From Chlamydiia bacterium (GTDB taxonomy: Bacteria > Chlamydiota > Chlamydiia > Chlamydiales > JAAKFQ01): DNA of 64,000 nt. The translations under genes were made by a program, and so were the position numbers. The stretch spans positions 1-64,000 of the forward strand of contig JBDNIV010000017.1 of the NCBI GenBank assembly GCA_041688145.1. The letters are read 5' to 3'. How positions within the stretch are numbered: position 1 is the stretch's first letter; every line of letters starts with the position of its first letter. A model generated the notes under the pieces. That model ran no database searches. It was given only the letters and a program-made list of their open reading frames with translations, and was not told where the DNA came from. Below, one piece after another: positions 17,386 to 27,345 of this stretch.

Positions 17386-19934
17386 CGCTTCACCACAAAG
17401 TTAATCAGCTTATTAGGCACAAATATCACTTTAATAATGCCAGGCTCAAGATACCCTTTTAGGCGCTCATCATTGGTTACGAGCTCAGTTAGATCTGCCT
17501 GATTGAGCCCTTTGACTTTGTCAAAAGTCGCTCTATGTTTGCCATTCACCTGAACAACATAAGCTACATTTTCTTCTTCAACAGCTTTAGGGTCTATTTC
17601 TGGAAAGTCTGCTGTGTGAATATCATCAGTGAAGCCAAGGCGCTCCCATAGCTCACAAGCAATGTGAGGCGCAAAAGGATAAAGCGATTGAATTGCATAA
17701 CGAATCGTCTTTTTTGGATAGATTACTAGAGGCTGCATGCTATTTAAAAATTCCATCATCTTAGCAATCGCTGTATTGAACTGAAGCCCTTTTATATCTT
17801 CCGTAACTCCTAAGACGAGCTTATAGCCAAGGCGCATGCCTTTTTTGATAGCGCACGCAGGGTCTTTCTCATCAGGCCGGGCTTCTTGGATTTTGTCGCT
17901 TGTGCATAGATCCCAAAAGCGGTTTAAAAAACGCCAAGAACCCAGTATTGCTTTAGTATCCCACAGTTTTTCCCGATCAAAAGGACTCATAAACATCTCA
18001 TAAAGCCGCAAGCTATCTGCTCCAAACTCCTCGATAATCTCATCGGGGATAACTCCATTAAGCTTGGATTTACTCATCTTTTCAATCTGGCAAATAAGGG
18101 GCTCTTTTTCACCTGTGTCCCCTTTTTCAAAATACTGAGGATTTTTCTCATCGCCCTTTTTAATCACTTCTTCGAAATCGACGTAAGCGCCAGACTTTTT
18201 CTTGAAAGAGTTTGCAACAACAAGTCCTTGATTGCGCAAGCTTTGGAAAGGCTCTTTTGTAGAAACAAGACCGCAGTCATATAAAACCTTATGCCAAAAG
18301 CGAGCATATAAAAGGTGCAGGACTGCGTGTTCAGCGCCCCCTACATAAAGATCGACGGGCATCCAGTATTTTTCAGCCTCTTCACTCCACGCAGCTTTTT
18401 CATTTTTGGGATCACAAAAGCGCAAGTAGTACCAGCATGAGCCTGCCCACTGGGGCATTGTGTTGGTTTCTCGCATCGCTTTTTTTCCTGTCTTAGGATC
18501 GATAAAATGGACCCATTCAGAAACTTTAGCTAAGGGGCTTTCTCCTGTCTCTTTAGGACTAAAGTCATCCATATGAGGCGGCATCAAAGGAAGCTCATCA
18601 AGACCTAAGGGCCTTTTTTCATCTTCTAGATGATACACAGGAATCGGCTCTCCCCAATATCTCTGTCTAGAAAAAAGCCAGTCCCTTAAGCGGTAGTTAA
18701 CCTGCCGCTTGCCTAAGTTTTCTTTTTCTAAAAAGTCTGCAACTTTTTCTTTTGCCTTTTCAGTAGAGAGGCCATTTAAAGAGATTTTCTCATTTTTAGA
18801 ATTTATAGTAGTGCCATGCATCTCAATATCATCTTCTGGCTTCAAGTCGACCACAGTTACAATCGGCAGATCGTATTTTTTGGCAAAGTCATAATCGCGA
18901 TTACAATGCCCTGGCACGCCCATAACGGCTCCTGTACCTACATTCCAAAGGACATAATCCGCAACCCATACAGGAACTTTATTTCCCGTTACAGGGTCAA
19001 TAGAATAAGCCCCTGTAAAAACGCCCGACTTATCTTTTGCGAGGTCTGTACGCATAAGATCACTTTTTTTAGCAGCCTCTTTTTTATACGCCTCAACAGC
19101 TGCTTTATGCTCTTTTGTTGTAATCGCATCTACAAGAGGGTGCTCTGGAGCTAAAACAAGATATGTCGTTCCAAAAAGAGTATCGTGCCTGGTTGTATAA
19201 ATCGTAATCTTTTCCTGAGTTTTTTCTTCAGTAAAGTGCATCTGAACGCCCGTTGATTTCCCAATCCAATGCGCTTGTGATTTTTTAATTTGCTCAGGCC
19301 AGTCAAGGTCATCAAGATCTTTTAAAAGCGCCTCTGCATAAGCTGTAATTTTTAGCATCCACTGACGAAGAGGTCTTCTTTCTACTGAATGGCCTCCAAT
19401 AACGGTTTTGCCATCTTCAATCTCTTCGTTAGCAACGACTGTGCCAAGATCGGGGCAAAAGTTAACGAGCGCCTCTTCCTCGTAAGCTAAACCTTTTTCA
19501 TAGAGCTTAGTAAAGATCCACTGGGTCCACTTGTAATAGTCAGGACTGCTTGTAGCAAATTCCCGTGACCAGTCATAGCTAAAGCCTAAAGACTTCAGCT
19601 GCTGCCTGTAGGTATTAATGTTTTTTTCAGTAGTCTTTTGAGGATGCACACCTGTTTTAATCGCGTACTGCTCTGCAGGAAGACCAAAGCTGTCCCATCC
19701 CATCGGATGGAGGACATTAAATCCTTTTTGACGATGAAATCGAGCAATGACGTCTGTTGCTGTATAGCCCGTGACATGGCCTACATGAAGGCCTGCTCCT
19801 GAAGGGTAGGGGAACATATCGAGAGCGTAATATTTGGGTTTAGAAGGGTCTATATCAGCCTTGTATGTCTCTTCTTCTTCCCACTTTTTTTGCCATTTTT
19901 TTTCAATCTGCCCTGGGCTATAACGATCCGTCAT
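17382..19934 (-). CDS. leuS: Leucine--tRNA ligase
   Basis: MFPYPSGAGLHVGH, RDWLFSRQRYWGEP, KMSKS and VQVNGK. Confidence 0.98.
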   Translation of the reverse strand: MTDRYSPGQIEKKWQKKWEEEETYKADIDPSKPKYYALDMFPYPSGAGLHVGHVTGYTATDVIARFHRQKGFNVLHPMGWDSFGLPAEQYAIKTGVHPQKTTEKNINTYRQQLKSLGFSYDWSREFATSSPDYYKWTQWIFTKLYEKGLAYEEEALVNFCPDLGTVVANEEIEDGKTVIGGHSVERRPLRQWMLKITAYAEALLKDLDDLDWPEQIKKSQAHWIGKSTGVQMHFTEEKTQEKITIYTTRHDTLFGTTYLVLAPEHPLVDAITTKEHKAAVEAYKKEAAKKSDLMRTDLAKDKSGVFTGAYSIDPVTGNKVPVWVADYVLWNVGTGAVMGVPGHCNRDYDFAKKYDLPIVTVVDLKPEDDIEMHGTTINSKNEKISLNGLSTEKAKEKVADFLEKENLGKRQVNYRLRDWLFSRQRYWGEPIPVYHLEDEKRPLGLDELPLMPPHMDDFSPKETGESPLAKVSEWVHFIDPKTGKKAMRETNTMPQWAGSCWYYLRFCDPKNEKAAWSEEAEKYWMPVDLYVGGAEHAVLHLLYARFWHKVLYDCGLVSTKEPFQSLRNQGLVVANSFKKKSGAYVDFEEVIKKGDEKNPQYFEKGDTGEKEPLICQIEKMSKSKLNGVIPDEIIEEFGADSLRLYEMFMSPFDREKLWDTKAILGSWRFLNRFWDLCTSDKIQEARPDEKDPACAIKKGMRLGYKLVLGVTEDIKGLQFNTAIAKMMEFLNSMQPLVIYPKKTIRYAIQSLYPFAPHIACELWERLGFTDDIHTADFPEIDPKAVEEENVAYVVQVNGKHRATFDKVKGLNQADLTELVTNDERLKGYLEPGIIKVIFVPNKLINFVVKR

Positions 19935-20141
19935 CTTAAGAGTCTCACCTCAATATATTCTAAATAAGACGACCTTACCATTTTGATTGATTATAAGAAA
20001 ATAAAAATCTTTTATCATAAACTTCTAATAACAATAGTTATAAATAAACAAATTAACCTATAAAAAATATATTGTTGATATTAAACAAGGTTTTTTATAT
20101 TCTTAGCCTTGTACGGACAATACAAAACAATTCTGGAGAAT

Positions 20142-21587
20142 ATGACAGATATTCAAACCTCATCACAGCCAAGAAAGCTTAAGGTGTGTCTTACAGACTT
20201 TGACTCTAACAAAGACATTGAAGTCAGGTTGTTTTTGTCTCATCTCACTCCAAGGGATCTTGAAATTTTTGAAGAGATTCTTTTAGGCTCTGTCACAATT
20301 CCCATACACACACTGAGTGCAGATCTAGGTTTAAGCTTTATACAAATGCGAGAAGCTCTAGAAAAACTCTCTGAAAGTCTTTTATTCACAATAAAAGATG
20401 ACACTATTTATGTAGATAAAGAGCGCCGCAAATATTTTGAACTCAACCTGCTGCGTTTTGAAGAGGGCTTTAAGCCTGATCTAGAATTTTTTAGGGGCCT
20501 GCTTCGCCATGTCCCCATACACGTTTTACCTATCTGGTATTTGCTCCCCCGCAATGTAAGCGACATTTTTGATGCGCTTGTTGAGAAGTATTTCATGACC
20601 CCTACTGTCTATGAGCGCCATCTTAAGACAGCTCCTTTTGAAAATCCACTTCTCGCCGAAGTTGCAAAGAAACTGGAATCTTCTAACTCTAAATTAGATG
20701 CCCAGTCTCTTTGCGATGATTTCGGTTTAGATGCCCGCGGTCTCCAAGAGCTTGCCCTTCTTTCAGAGCTGAGCTTAGTCGCTTACCTCGCCTATGAGAA
20801 AAAAGGTGATAGCTTCACCCCTGTTTTTCTCCCTTTAAAAGAGTACAGTGACTATCAAAAGTGCAAAGAGCGCTTTTCTCCAAGCACCTCTAATAAAGAA
20901 GCTCAAACTAAAGACATTTTTCAGATGCGCCCTATTGAGTTTGCTTTTGTAAAAGACATGTCTAAAATCTTAGAGCTTACAAAAACAGAGAGTCTAGAAG
21001 TCGATGATCACCAAAATCTTTCAGAAGAAAGCATTCAGATCATAAGTCGCTCTTTAGAAAAAATGCCCCCTCTCTCAAAAGACAACCTCAGTGAGCAAAC
21101 CGCCTATTTTAAGCACCTACTTCACAATCTGCTTGCCCTTGATATCCTTTCCATTAAAGATGGCCAGCTCATCAGCAGCTCAGCAGAACCCCGATGGATT
21201 GAGCTTTCTTTAGAAGATCAAGGCTTTTGTCTGCTTAGCCGATTTAGAGCAGAGCGCATTAAAAAATGTGCAAGCAACGAGAAAAGCGCACGCGAGGCTG
21301 AAAAAGCGATCAGCCAAGCTATTGATCATAACTGGATTTCTTTTGAAAACTTTATGAAAGGTGCTATTATCCCCTTTCGTCCAGAAATTGATGTCTGCAT
21401 TACAAAAACAGGCAAGAGGTGGACCTTTGCGCTTCCGACTTATGAAGAAGAAGAGGTTGCGCTTATGAAAACCACCCTTTTTGAAGGCCTTTTTGAAGCA
21501 GGTATTGTTGAAATAGGCCTAGATATCAATGCTAAAGAGATGTGCTTCAAAGTCACTGCCTTTGGTGAAGCTATGTTTGGCAGTTAA
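20142..21587 (+). CDS. Hypothetical protein with possible tandem winged-helix segments
   Basis: Long ORF with GGAG before ATG 20142 and two wHTH-like helical patterns. Confidence 0.7.
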   Translation: MTDIQTSSQPRKLKVCLTDFDSNKDIEVRLFLSHLTPRDLEIFEEILLGSVTIPIHTLSADLGLSFIQMREALEKLSESLLFTIKDDTIYVDKERRKYFELNLLRFEEGFKPDLEFFRGLLRHVPIHVLPIWYLLPRNVSDIFDALVEKYFMTPTVYERHLKTAPFENPLLAEVAKKLESSNSKLDAQSLCDDFGLDARGLQELALLSELSLVAYLAYEKKGDSFTPVFLPLKEYSDYQKCKERFSPSTSNKEAQTKDIFQMRPIEFAFVKDMSKILELTKTESLEVDDHQNLSEESIQIISRSLEKMPPLSKDNLSEQTAYFKHLLHNLLALDILSIKDGQLISSSAEPRWIELSLEDQGFCLLSRFRAERIKKCASNEKSAREAEKAISQAIDHNWISFENFMKGAIIPFRPEIDVCITKTGKRWTFALPTYEEEEVALMKTTLFEGLFEAGIVEIGLDINAKEMCFKVTAFGEAMFGS

Positions 21588-21635
21588 ATAAACCTTGAAA
21601 AAAGTAAATGGAGCTAAAAGCTCTTGCCCCCTCTT

Positions 21636-22085
21636 ATGAGTAAGCTAGCCTCAAATAAAAAAGCCCGCTTCAACTACGAAATCCTCGATACCTATGAAGC
21701 AGGCATTGTGCTCACAGGCACAGAAATCAAATCCCTAAGAGCCCAAAGTGCAAGTCTCGATCAAGCCTATGTCCGCTTAAAAAAAGGCGAGCTCTGGCTT
21801 ATTAACGCAAGCATTGCTCCCTATGCTTTTGGCAATATCGCTAATCATGAAGAGCGGCGTGAGCGCAAACTTCTCATGCACAAAAAAGAGATCCTAAAGC
21901 TCAAAGAATCCACCCAAGAAAAAGGCCTCGCCTTAGTTCCCCTCTCTATGTACCTCAAGAAAGGGTATGCAAAAATAGAGTTTGGATTAGCTCGTGGTAA
22001 AAAGCTCTACGACAAACGAGAGGCAATAAAAAAACGCCAAGAGAAAAAAGAGTCAGACCAGCTCACTAAGAAGTTTCGAGCTTAA
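21636..22085 (+). CDS. smpB: SsrA-binding protein
   Basis: NKKARFNYEI, EAGIVLTGTEIKSLR, RKLLMHKKEI and GKKLYDKRE. Confidence 0.97.
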   Translation: MSKLASNKKARFNYEILDTYEAGIVLTGTEIKSLRAQSASLDQAYVRLKKGELWLINASIAPYAFGNIANHEERRERKLLMHKKEILKLKESTQEKGLALVPLSMYLKKGYAKIEFGLARGKKLYDKREAIKKRQEKKESDQLTKKFRA

Positions 22086-22128
22086 ATCAACAGATGTTAT
22101 TTTAAATAACATACTTCTTATGTTTTTT

Positions 22129-22683
22129 TTACTTAGAAGCAAATCCTGAATATCCTAGACGATTTTGAATCTCTAGCCAGCGCTCTTCAAAAGCTTGCTT
22201 GTGCTCATCTTTAAAATGCTTTTCCCATTGGTTGATTGTACCTTTGCGGAAGGTGCATCCAACAACATTATCACCAAAAAGATCCTTGGAGATGCTCTCT
22301 ACTTTTTCGCTAGTCATTTGAACACCTAATCTTTTAGCAATAGCCTCAATGGTTTTTTTCTGCAGCTCATCACCGCCTCCACCTTGCGAGCCTATTAGGT
22401 CTTCGTACTTTATAAAAAGAAATTGCGAGAACTCTTCACGATGAGCATGAATAAAATCAAATACATAGAGATTGATTTCTCCTGTCTCTGAGAAAGGATA
22501 ATCTCCCTTAATCACCCTTAAAAGCTTTTCATCAAACGAACCCGACTCAAACTCTTTTGCCAAGTCTTCGCGCTTCATATTTCTATAAACAGTCGGAAGA
22601 TAGCTAACAGAAGATACAAAAACGTCTCGAAGGTCACGATAAGTAACAATATAAACTTTTTTATCGCCAAAGGCCTTGTCTAT
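22129..22683 (-). pseudogene. Sulfotransferase-family remnant lacking its N-terminal part
   Basis: The frame stays open 35 codons upstream of the called ATG and encodes YIVTYRDLRDVFVS (3'-PB motif), then IKYEDL and FRKG..NQWE.HF. It is bounded by TAG at 22684-22686, with no 5'-PSB motif. Confidence 0.75.
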
Positions 22684-22807
22684 CTAAATATAAACATTTT
22701 ACAAATATAACAATCGATTAAAAGCGATTAGACGAATAAAAACACTTTAAATTATACAAATAATTTGTTAATATTATCATTAAATTAACTGAAAAAGGAC
22801 TTTAATT

Positions 22808-23347
22808 ATGTCATTAATATCAAATAGCTACCAAGCTATAGCCCCTTATGGGCTTTCTTTACCCCCAGTAAGAGCAGCTCTTTTATTAGCTGGGTCTTTA
22901 TTAGTTATCCAAGCTTTGGCTATGGCGGCTTTTAATAGATTGACCTCACCTCCTGAAATTAGACAAAGTGATTTTAGGCACGAGCAGAATCCTCCGTATG
23001 AGACGGTAGTCAATGAAGAAACAGGGGCTCGTTTGGGCAAAATTAAAGCTGTTAAAGCTCTTTATGCCTTTGCTGCTGTAGGAAGTGCTGTTATACCTAT
23101 TTGCATAAACCCTGCCTATACAGCGTTCTATATGACAAGCCTTATGTTGTTTGCTCGGTTTATAGCTGCACCCACACAAGACAATCTCTCTGGAAAATTG
23201 CCTCTATCCGCGGGTGAGATGACTTTTACAGACAAGGATGCGCCAATTGCTGACACAAACCGCTTTAATAATGCAGCTGTGCCTCTACTACAGCAAATGG
23301 CTGCGCCAATTCTACATTTTATCCATAGCTGCTGCCGTGCTGCATAA
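22808..23347 (+). CDS. Hypothetical membrane protein (Inc-like candidate)
   Basis: AAGGA RBS, an N-terminal hydrophobic segment and a bilobed hydrophobic region. Confidence 0.65.
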   Translation: MSLISNSYQAIAPYGLSLPPVRAALLLAGSLLVIQALAMAAFNRLTSPPEIRQSDFRHEQNPPYETVVNEETGARLGKIKAVKALYAFAAVGSAVIPICINPAYTAFYMTSLMLFARFIAAPTQDNLSGKLPLSAGEMTFTDKDAPIADTNRFNNAAVPLLQQMAAPILHFIHSCCRAA

Positions 23348-23359
23348 ATTTCATCTTAG

Positions 23360-24343
23360 CTAATCAAGATTAGTAGCCTCTACAAGCGCTTTTTCTATCC
23401 CAGGCTCAGATGAGCTATGCCCTGCATCACTGATCACTTCAAAATGCGCCTCTGGCCATGCTTTATATAGCTTGTAAGCCTGTGAAATGGGGCAGACGAT
23501 GTCATACCGCCCATGAATAATATAGGCTGGGATATGGCGGATCTTATCAATGTTATCTAAAAGCTGGGTCTCGTTTTCTAAAAAAAGGCCGTGATAGATG
23601 TAGTGATTTTCTAACTGAGCAATTGCCCAAACAGCATCTAGATCAGGCTCGCAAGACTCTATGCTCCCCTCTTTATGTTTAGCTGCAGCATTGATAGAAA
23701 GGGTCTTTGTCTCCCAGTTAGCCCAGGCAGTAGCGGCTCTTCGGGATATCAGTGGATCAGGGTCTTTAAGCCTATGGTGATACGCGCTAATAAGATCGCT
23801 ATGCTCTTCATCTGGAATAGGAGCTATAAACTCTTCCCATAAATCCGGGAATAAGAAGTTAGCCCCCTCTTGATAAAACCATTTAAGCTCTTCAGTTAAG
23901 CCCAAAAATATCCCTCTAAGCACAAGCTTGCCAACTTTATCGGGATGCGTCTGAGCGTACGCAAGGCTCAATGTCGATCCCCATGAACCCCCAAAGACAA
24001 TATCCCACTTCGCTATTCCTAAATGCTCTCGCAGTTTCTCAATGTCAGCAACTAAATCCCAAGTAGTATTTTCATCTAAACAGGCGTGAGGTGTGCTTTG
24101 TCCAGACCCTCTTTGGTCAAAAGCGACAATACGAAAACGATCAGGATCAAAATAACGCCTGCTTTTAGGAGTGATTTGCCCGCCAGGTCCCCCATGAAGA
24201 TATAGGGCTGCTTTACCGTTAGGCTTACCGCTTTGCTCATAATACAGGGTATGGATGTCACTGACAGGCAAAAAGCCCGCATCAAAAGGCTCTATTTCTG
24301 GATAAAGATATTCACCCACTACAAGAAAGCTCCTATGAGGCAT
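23360..24343 (-). CDS. pip: Prolyl aminopeptidase
   Basis: LHGGPG, FDQRGSG.STP, GGSWGSTL, GRYDIVCP and AGHS. The true start may be GTG 24319 (AGGAG upstream). Confidence 0.95.
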   Translation of the reverse strand: MPHRSFLVVGEYLYPEIEPFDAGFLPVSDIHTLYYEQSGKPNGKAALYLHGGPGGQITPKSRRYFDPDRFRIVAFDQRGSGQSTPHACLDENTTWDLVADIEKLREHLGIAKWDIVFGGSWGSTLSLAYAQTHPDKVGKLVLRGIFLGLTEELKWFYQEGANFLFPDLWEEFIAPIPDEEHSDLISAYHHRLKDPDPLISRRAATAWANWETKTLSINAAAKHKEGSIESCEPDLDAVWAIAQLENHYIYHGLFLENETQLLDNIDKIRHIPAYIIHGRYDIVCPISQAYKLYKAWPEAHFEVISDAGHSSSEPGIEKALVEATNLD

Positions 24344-24385
24344 GTTAAAGGCCCCTAAAACTTACCATGGACGATAATGACTTTT

Positions 24386-25522
24386 CTAAACAAGCTCTGG
24401 ATTTAGGCGGCTTGATTCAGCAGCGCTCATTTGATCTAGGCGACTTGTTTGGTGCATAAGCAAAAGGTCTGCTAAAACAAGCGCTGTCATAGCTTCTACT
24501 ACTGGCGCTGCGCGCACAGCAATACAAGGATCATGCCGCGAGCCTTTGGGAAGCTTGTGTACTGCCGCCTCGTCAGAAAGCGTGATGGTTTTTTGCGGCT
24601 TTTGAATGCTAGAAGTCGGCTTAAAAGCAGCTCGAAAAATAAGAGGCATGCTTGTCGAAATCCCCGCTAAGACTCCCCCAGCATGATTGGTTTTTGTTCT
24701 AAGCCCCTTTTGAAAAGAAACCGGTTCATCATTATGCTCTGAGCCCATCATTTTAGCAGAAGCAAAGCCAGATCCAATCTCAAAGCCTTTGCAGGCAGGA
24801 ATAGAAAGACAGGCATGTGCAAGCTTTGCATCTAGCCGCTCATAAATAGGAGCGCCAATGCCTGCAGGTAAAATAGCTTGCGCCTCTATAATTCCGCCTA
24901 GGGAATCGCCTGATTTTTTAGCGGCCTCTATTTTAAATGCTATCTCATTGCTTGTTTTTTCATCTGGGCAAAAAAGAGGATCGTTATATGTCTGATTTCT
25001 TAAATCTTCAAATTCAAGATCAGAAACATCTAGAGCTATGCCTCCAGCTTCTTTTAAATAAGCTACACACTGGATGCCAAAATGCTTTAAAAGCTTAGCT
25101 GCTATAGCCCCCGCTGCCACCCGGCTAGCTGTTTCTCGAGCAGAAGCTCTGCCTCCCCCAAGATGATCAAAAACGCCGTATTTTTTTAGATATACTCCAT
25201 TGGCATGACCCGGCCTAATGATATCCTTTAAATCACGGTAAGCCATAGAGTCTTTGTTCTTATTTTGGATCAGAAGAGATATAGGAGATCCTGTCGTATA
25301 TCCATCAAAAACACCCGATAAAATCTCCACATGATCGGGCTCTTTTCTGGGAGATACCCATGGAGTTTTCCCAGGAGCCCTACGATCTAAGGCGCCTTGA
25401 ATGTCATCTTCATTAAGCTCTAAACCTGCAGGGCACCCATCAATCACAACTCCAATAGAAGGCCCATGAGACTCTCCCCAGGTAGTGATGCGAAATGCTT
25501 GGCCAAAGCTATTTGAGGGCAT
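24386..25522 (-). CDS. aroC: Chorismate synthase
   Basis: TTWGESHG, RPGHA, GGRASARETA, FKPTSSI and RHDPC. Confidence 0.96.
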   Translation of the reverse strand: MPSNSFGQAFRITTWGESHGPSIGVVIDGCPAGLELNEDDIQGALDRRAPGKTPWVSPRKEPDHVEILSGVFDGYTTGSPISLLIQNKNKDSMAYRDLKDIIRPGHANGVYLKKYGVFDHLGGGRASARETASRVAAGAIAAKLLKHFGIQCVAYLKEAGGIALDVSDLEFEDLRNQTYNDPLFCPDEKTSNEIAFKIEAAKKSGDSLGGIIEAQAILPAGIGAPIYERLDAKLAHACLSIPACKGFEIGSGFASAKMMGSEHNDEPVSFQKGLRTKTNHAGGVLAGISTSMPLIFRAAFKPTSSIQKPQKTITLSDEAAVHKLPKGSRHDPCIAVRAAPVVEAMTALVLADLLLMHQTSRLDQMSAAESSRLNPELV

Positions 25523-26051
25523 GGGACGCCTCACTATGGACTAAAGAAGTGATATAGCTAACAACAGCTTCGTGATCGTATTTTTCCATATCGACCTTTA
25601 TATCTGCTAAAGAAGAAAAAAGGGGGTCACGCTTTGCCCAAACAACTTTAAAAGAGGTGTGAGGATCTTTTGCATCTATAAAAAGAGGCACTCCATTTTT
25701 AAACATTTGCCTCTCTGCAGCTCTTTTAGAAAGATGCATGTAAACGAAACGCACATTACCTGCCAGGTGTTTAATCACTTCAGGATTAGTAAGCGCTCCT
25801 CCCCCAAGTGCGATGATTTGAGGCTTAGAAAAATCTATGGAAACAACAGCCTTAATTTCAAGCATTCTAAAGAGCTTCTCTCCGTATGTATGGAAAATTT
25901 CTCGACAACTTAAAAGTCGACCGGTTGTTCTTAAGTACATTTGTTCAATAAGTCTATCAGTATCAACAAAAGTGCACCCCGCTCGCTTTGCAGCTTCGCG
26001 TCCATAAGTGCTTTTACCTACATTTTTAAATCCAATAAGAGCAAGTGACAT
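25509..26051 (-). CDS. aroK: Shikimate kinase
   Basis: IGFKNVGKST, DTD, GEKLFRMLE and ALGGG, inside the aro operon. Confidence 0.92.
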   Translation of the reverse strand: MSLALIGFKNVGKSTYGREAAKRAGCTFVDTDRLIEQMYLRTTGRLLSCREIFHTYGEKLFRMLEIKAVVSIDFSKPQIIALGGGALTNPEVIKHLAGNVRFVYMHLSKRAAERQMFKNGVPLFIDAKDPHTSFKVVWAKRDPLFSSLADIKVDMEKYDHEAVVSYITSLVHSEASHALK

Positions 26052-26106
26052 AAAACGGCCTCCTAGCTAAAACCCTAAGCCCCCCAACTATACGCTTCAA
26101 AGAAAG

Positions 26107-27345
26107 TTAAGGGCACGGAAAAAATAATGTTTCTAAAAAATTAGGGTATGTTTTCTCTATACATGCCGCTTGAGAAAGATGCGTTTTTCCCTCTGCTCTT
26201 AAAGCTGCAATACTGAGTGCTAAAGCAATTCTATGATCTTTATGGCTATCCACAAACGCGCCTTTAAGCGCTTTTTCATAAATAATAAGACCTTCTTTTT
26301 CCACTTCAATATGGGCGCCCATTTTTTTCAGCTCCTGTGCAATCACCTCAATGCGGTTACACTCTTTTGCCTTTGCAATAGCGCCATTAAAAAGATGCGT
26401 TTTTCCTTTAGCAAAGCAGCCAATAACAGCAAGTAAAGGAAGTGCGTCAATTATAGGGTTCACATCAATAGCTCTTCCCACTAAAAACTCTGTTGGAAAT
26501 ACCTCAAGAGCCTTTTGTGAAATGCGCACATCAGCTCCCATTTCCTGCAAAAGATAAACGAGCGCTTTATCTCCTTGGCTATCTGAAAAATCGACACCCT
26601 CTATTATAAGATGAGAGCGCATTAAAATAGCCGCAACAAGAGGATAGCTGATAGAACTGAAATCTCCTGGCACTTCATAAGAAAAACCTGAATATCCCCC
26701 TTTACCGAATACCGTAATTTTCTGAAAATCTTCATTCTTATACGAAACTCCTAAGCGATCAAGCCAATCTAAAGAGACGCTCACCCACGGCTTTTCTCCG
26801 GGGTTTTTCACGCGGATTTCTAGAGGTTGTACAAGCAAGGCTCCTAAAAAAATAAGTGCTGATACAGGCTGAGAGTCTCTGCCTTCTAACTCTACGCACA
26901 AAGGCCTATTACTATTGATACAAGCCTTAAGTTCTCTTAATGCATTTGATAAATCATCCATAGGCCTTGAGAGCAGTGAAGCATCGCCTGTGAGGTTGAT
27001 GGGCTTTTTGGCTAAAGCTGTAAGAGCTGATAAAAACCTAAGCGCTATACCTGAATTTCCAAGGTCCAAAGATTCCGAAAAAGAGCTATTTATAACACCT
27101 GCATTGCCTGTTACTATGATCTCTGAAGATTCTTGATTTTCTTCTTCCCAATGAAACTGAGCGCCAAGCTTCTCTAAAGCAGCTATGAGTTTTTTTGCAT
27201 CTTCAGAAATAAGCAAGTTTTTAAGACGGCTTTTGCCTTTTGCAAAAGCGCTTAAAATAAGCGCTCGCACTGTATGAGATTTAGAAGCTGGCGCCCGCAC
27301 CTTCGAAGGTAAGCGCACTTTGCTTGGAGTAATCACTGTGTTCAT
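26107..27345 (-). CDS. aroA: EPSP synthase (3-phosphoshikimate 1-carboxyvinyltransferase)
   Basis: PASKSH..R, GNSGIALRF, RPM, DSQ, PGDFSS, KECNRI and DHRIA. Confidence 0.93.
   Translation of the reverse strand: MNTVITPSKVRLPSKVRAPASKSHTVRALILSAFAKGKSRLKNLLISEDAKKLIAALEKLGAQFHWEEENQESSEIIVTGNAGVINSSFSESLDLGNSGIALRFLSALTALAKKPINLTGDASLLSRPMDDLSNALRELKACINSNRPLCVELEGRDSQPVSALIFLGALLVQPLEIRVKNPGEKPWVSVSLDWLDRLGVSYKNEDFQKITVFGKGGYSGFSYEVPGDFSSISYPLVAAILMRSHLIIEGVDFSDSQGDKALVYLLQEMGADVRISQKALEVFPTEFLVGRAIDVNPIIDALPLLAVIGCFAKGKTHLFNGAIAKAKECNRIEVIAQELKKMGAHIEVEKEGLIIYEKALKGAFVDSHKDHRIALALSIAALRAEGKTHLSQAACIEKTYPNFLETLFFPCP

Noticed and set aside
22094..22125. Palindrome ATGTTATTT-T-AAATAACAT, considered as a dif site
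   Set aside because: It only partly matches the XerD arm and has no XerC arm. It is more likely a weak terminator or chance.
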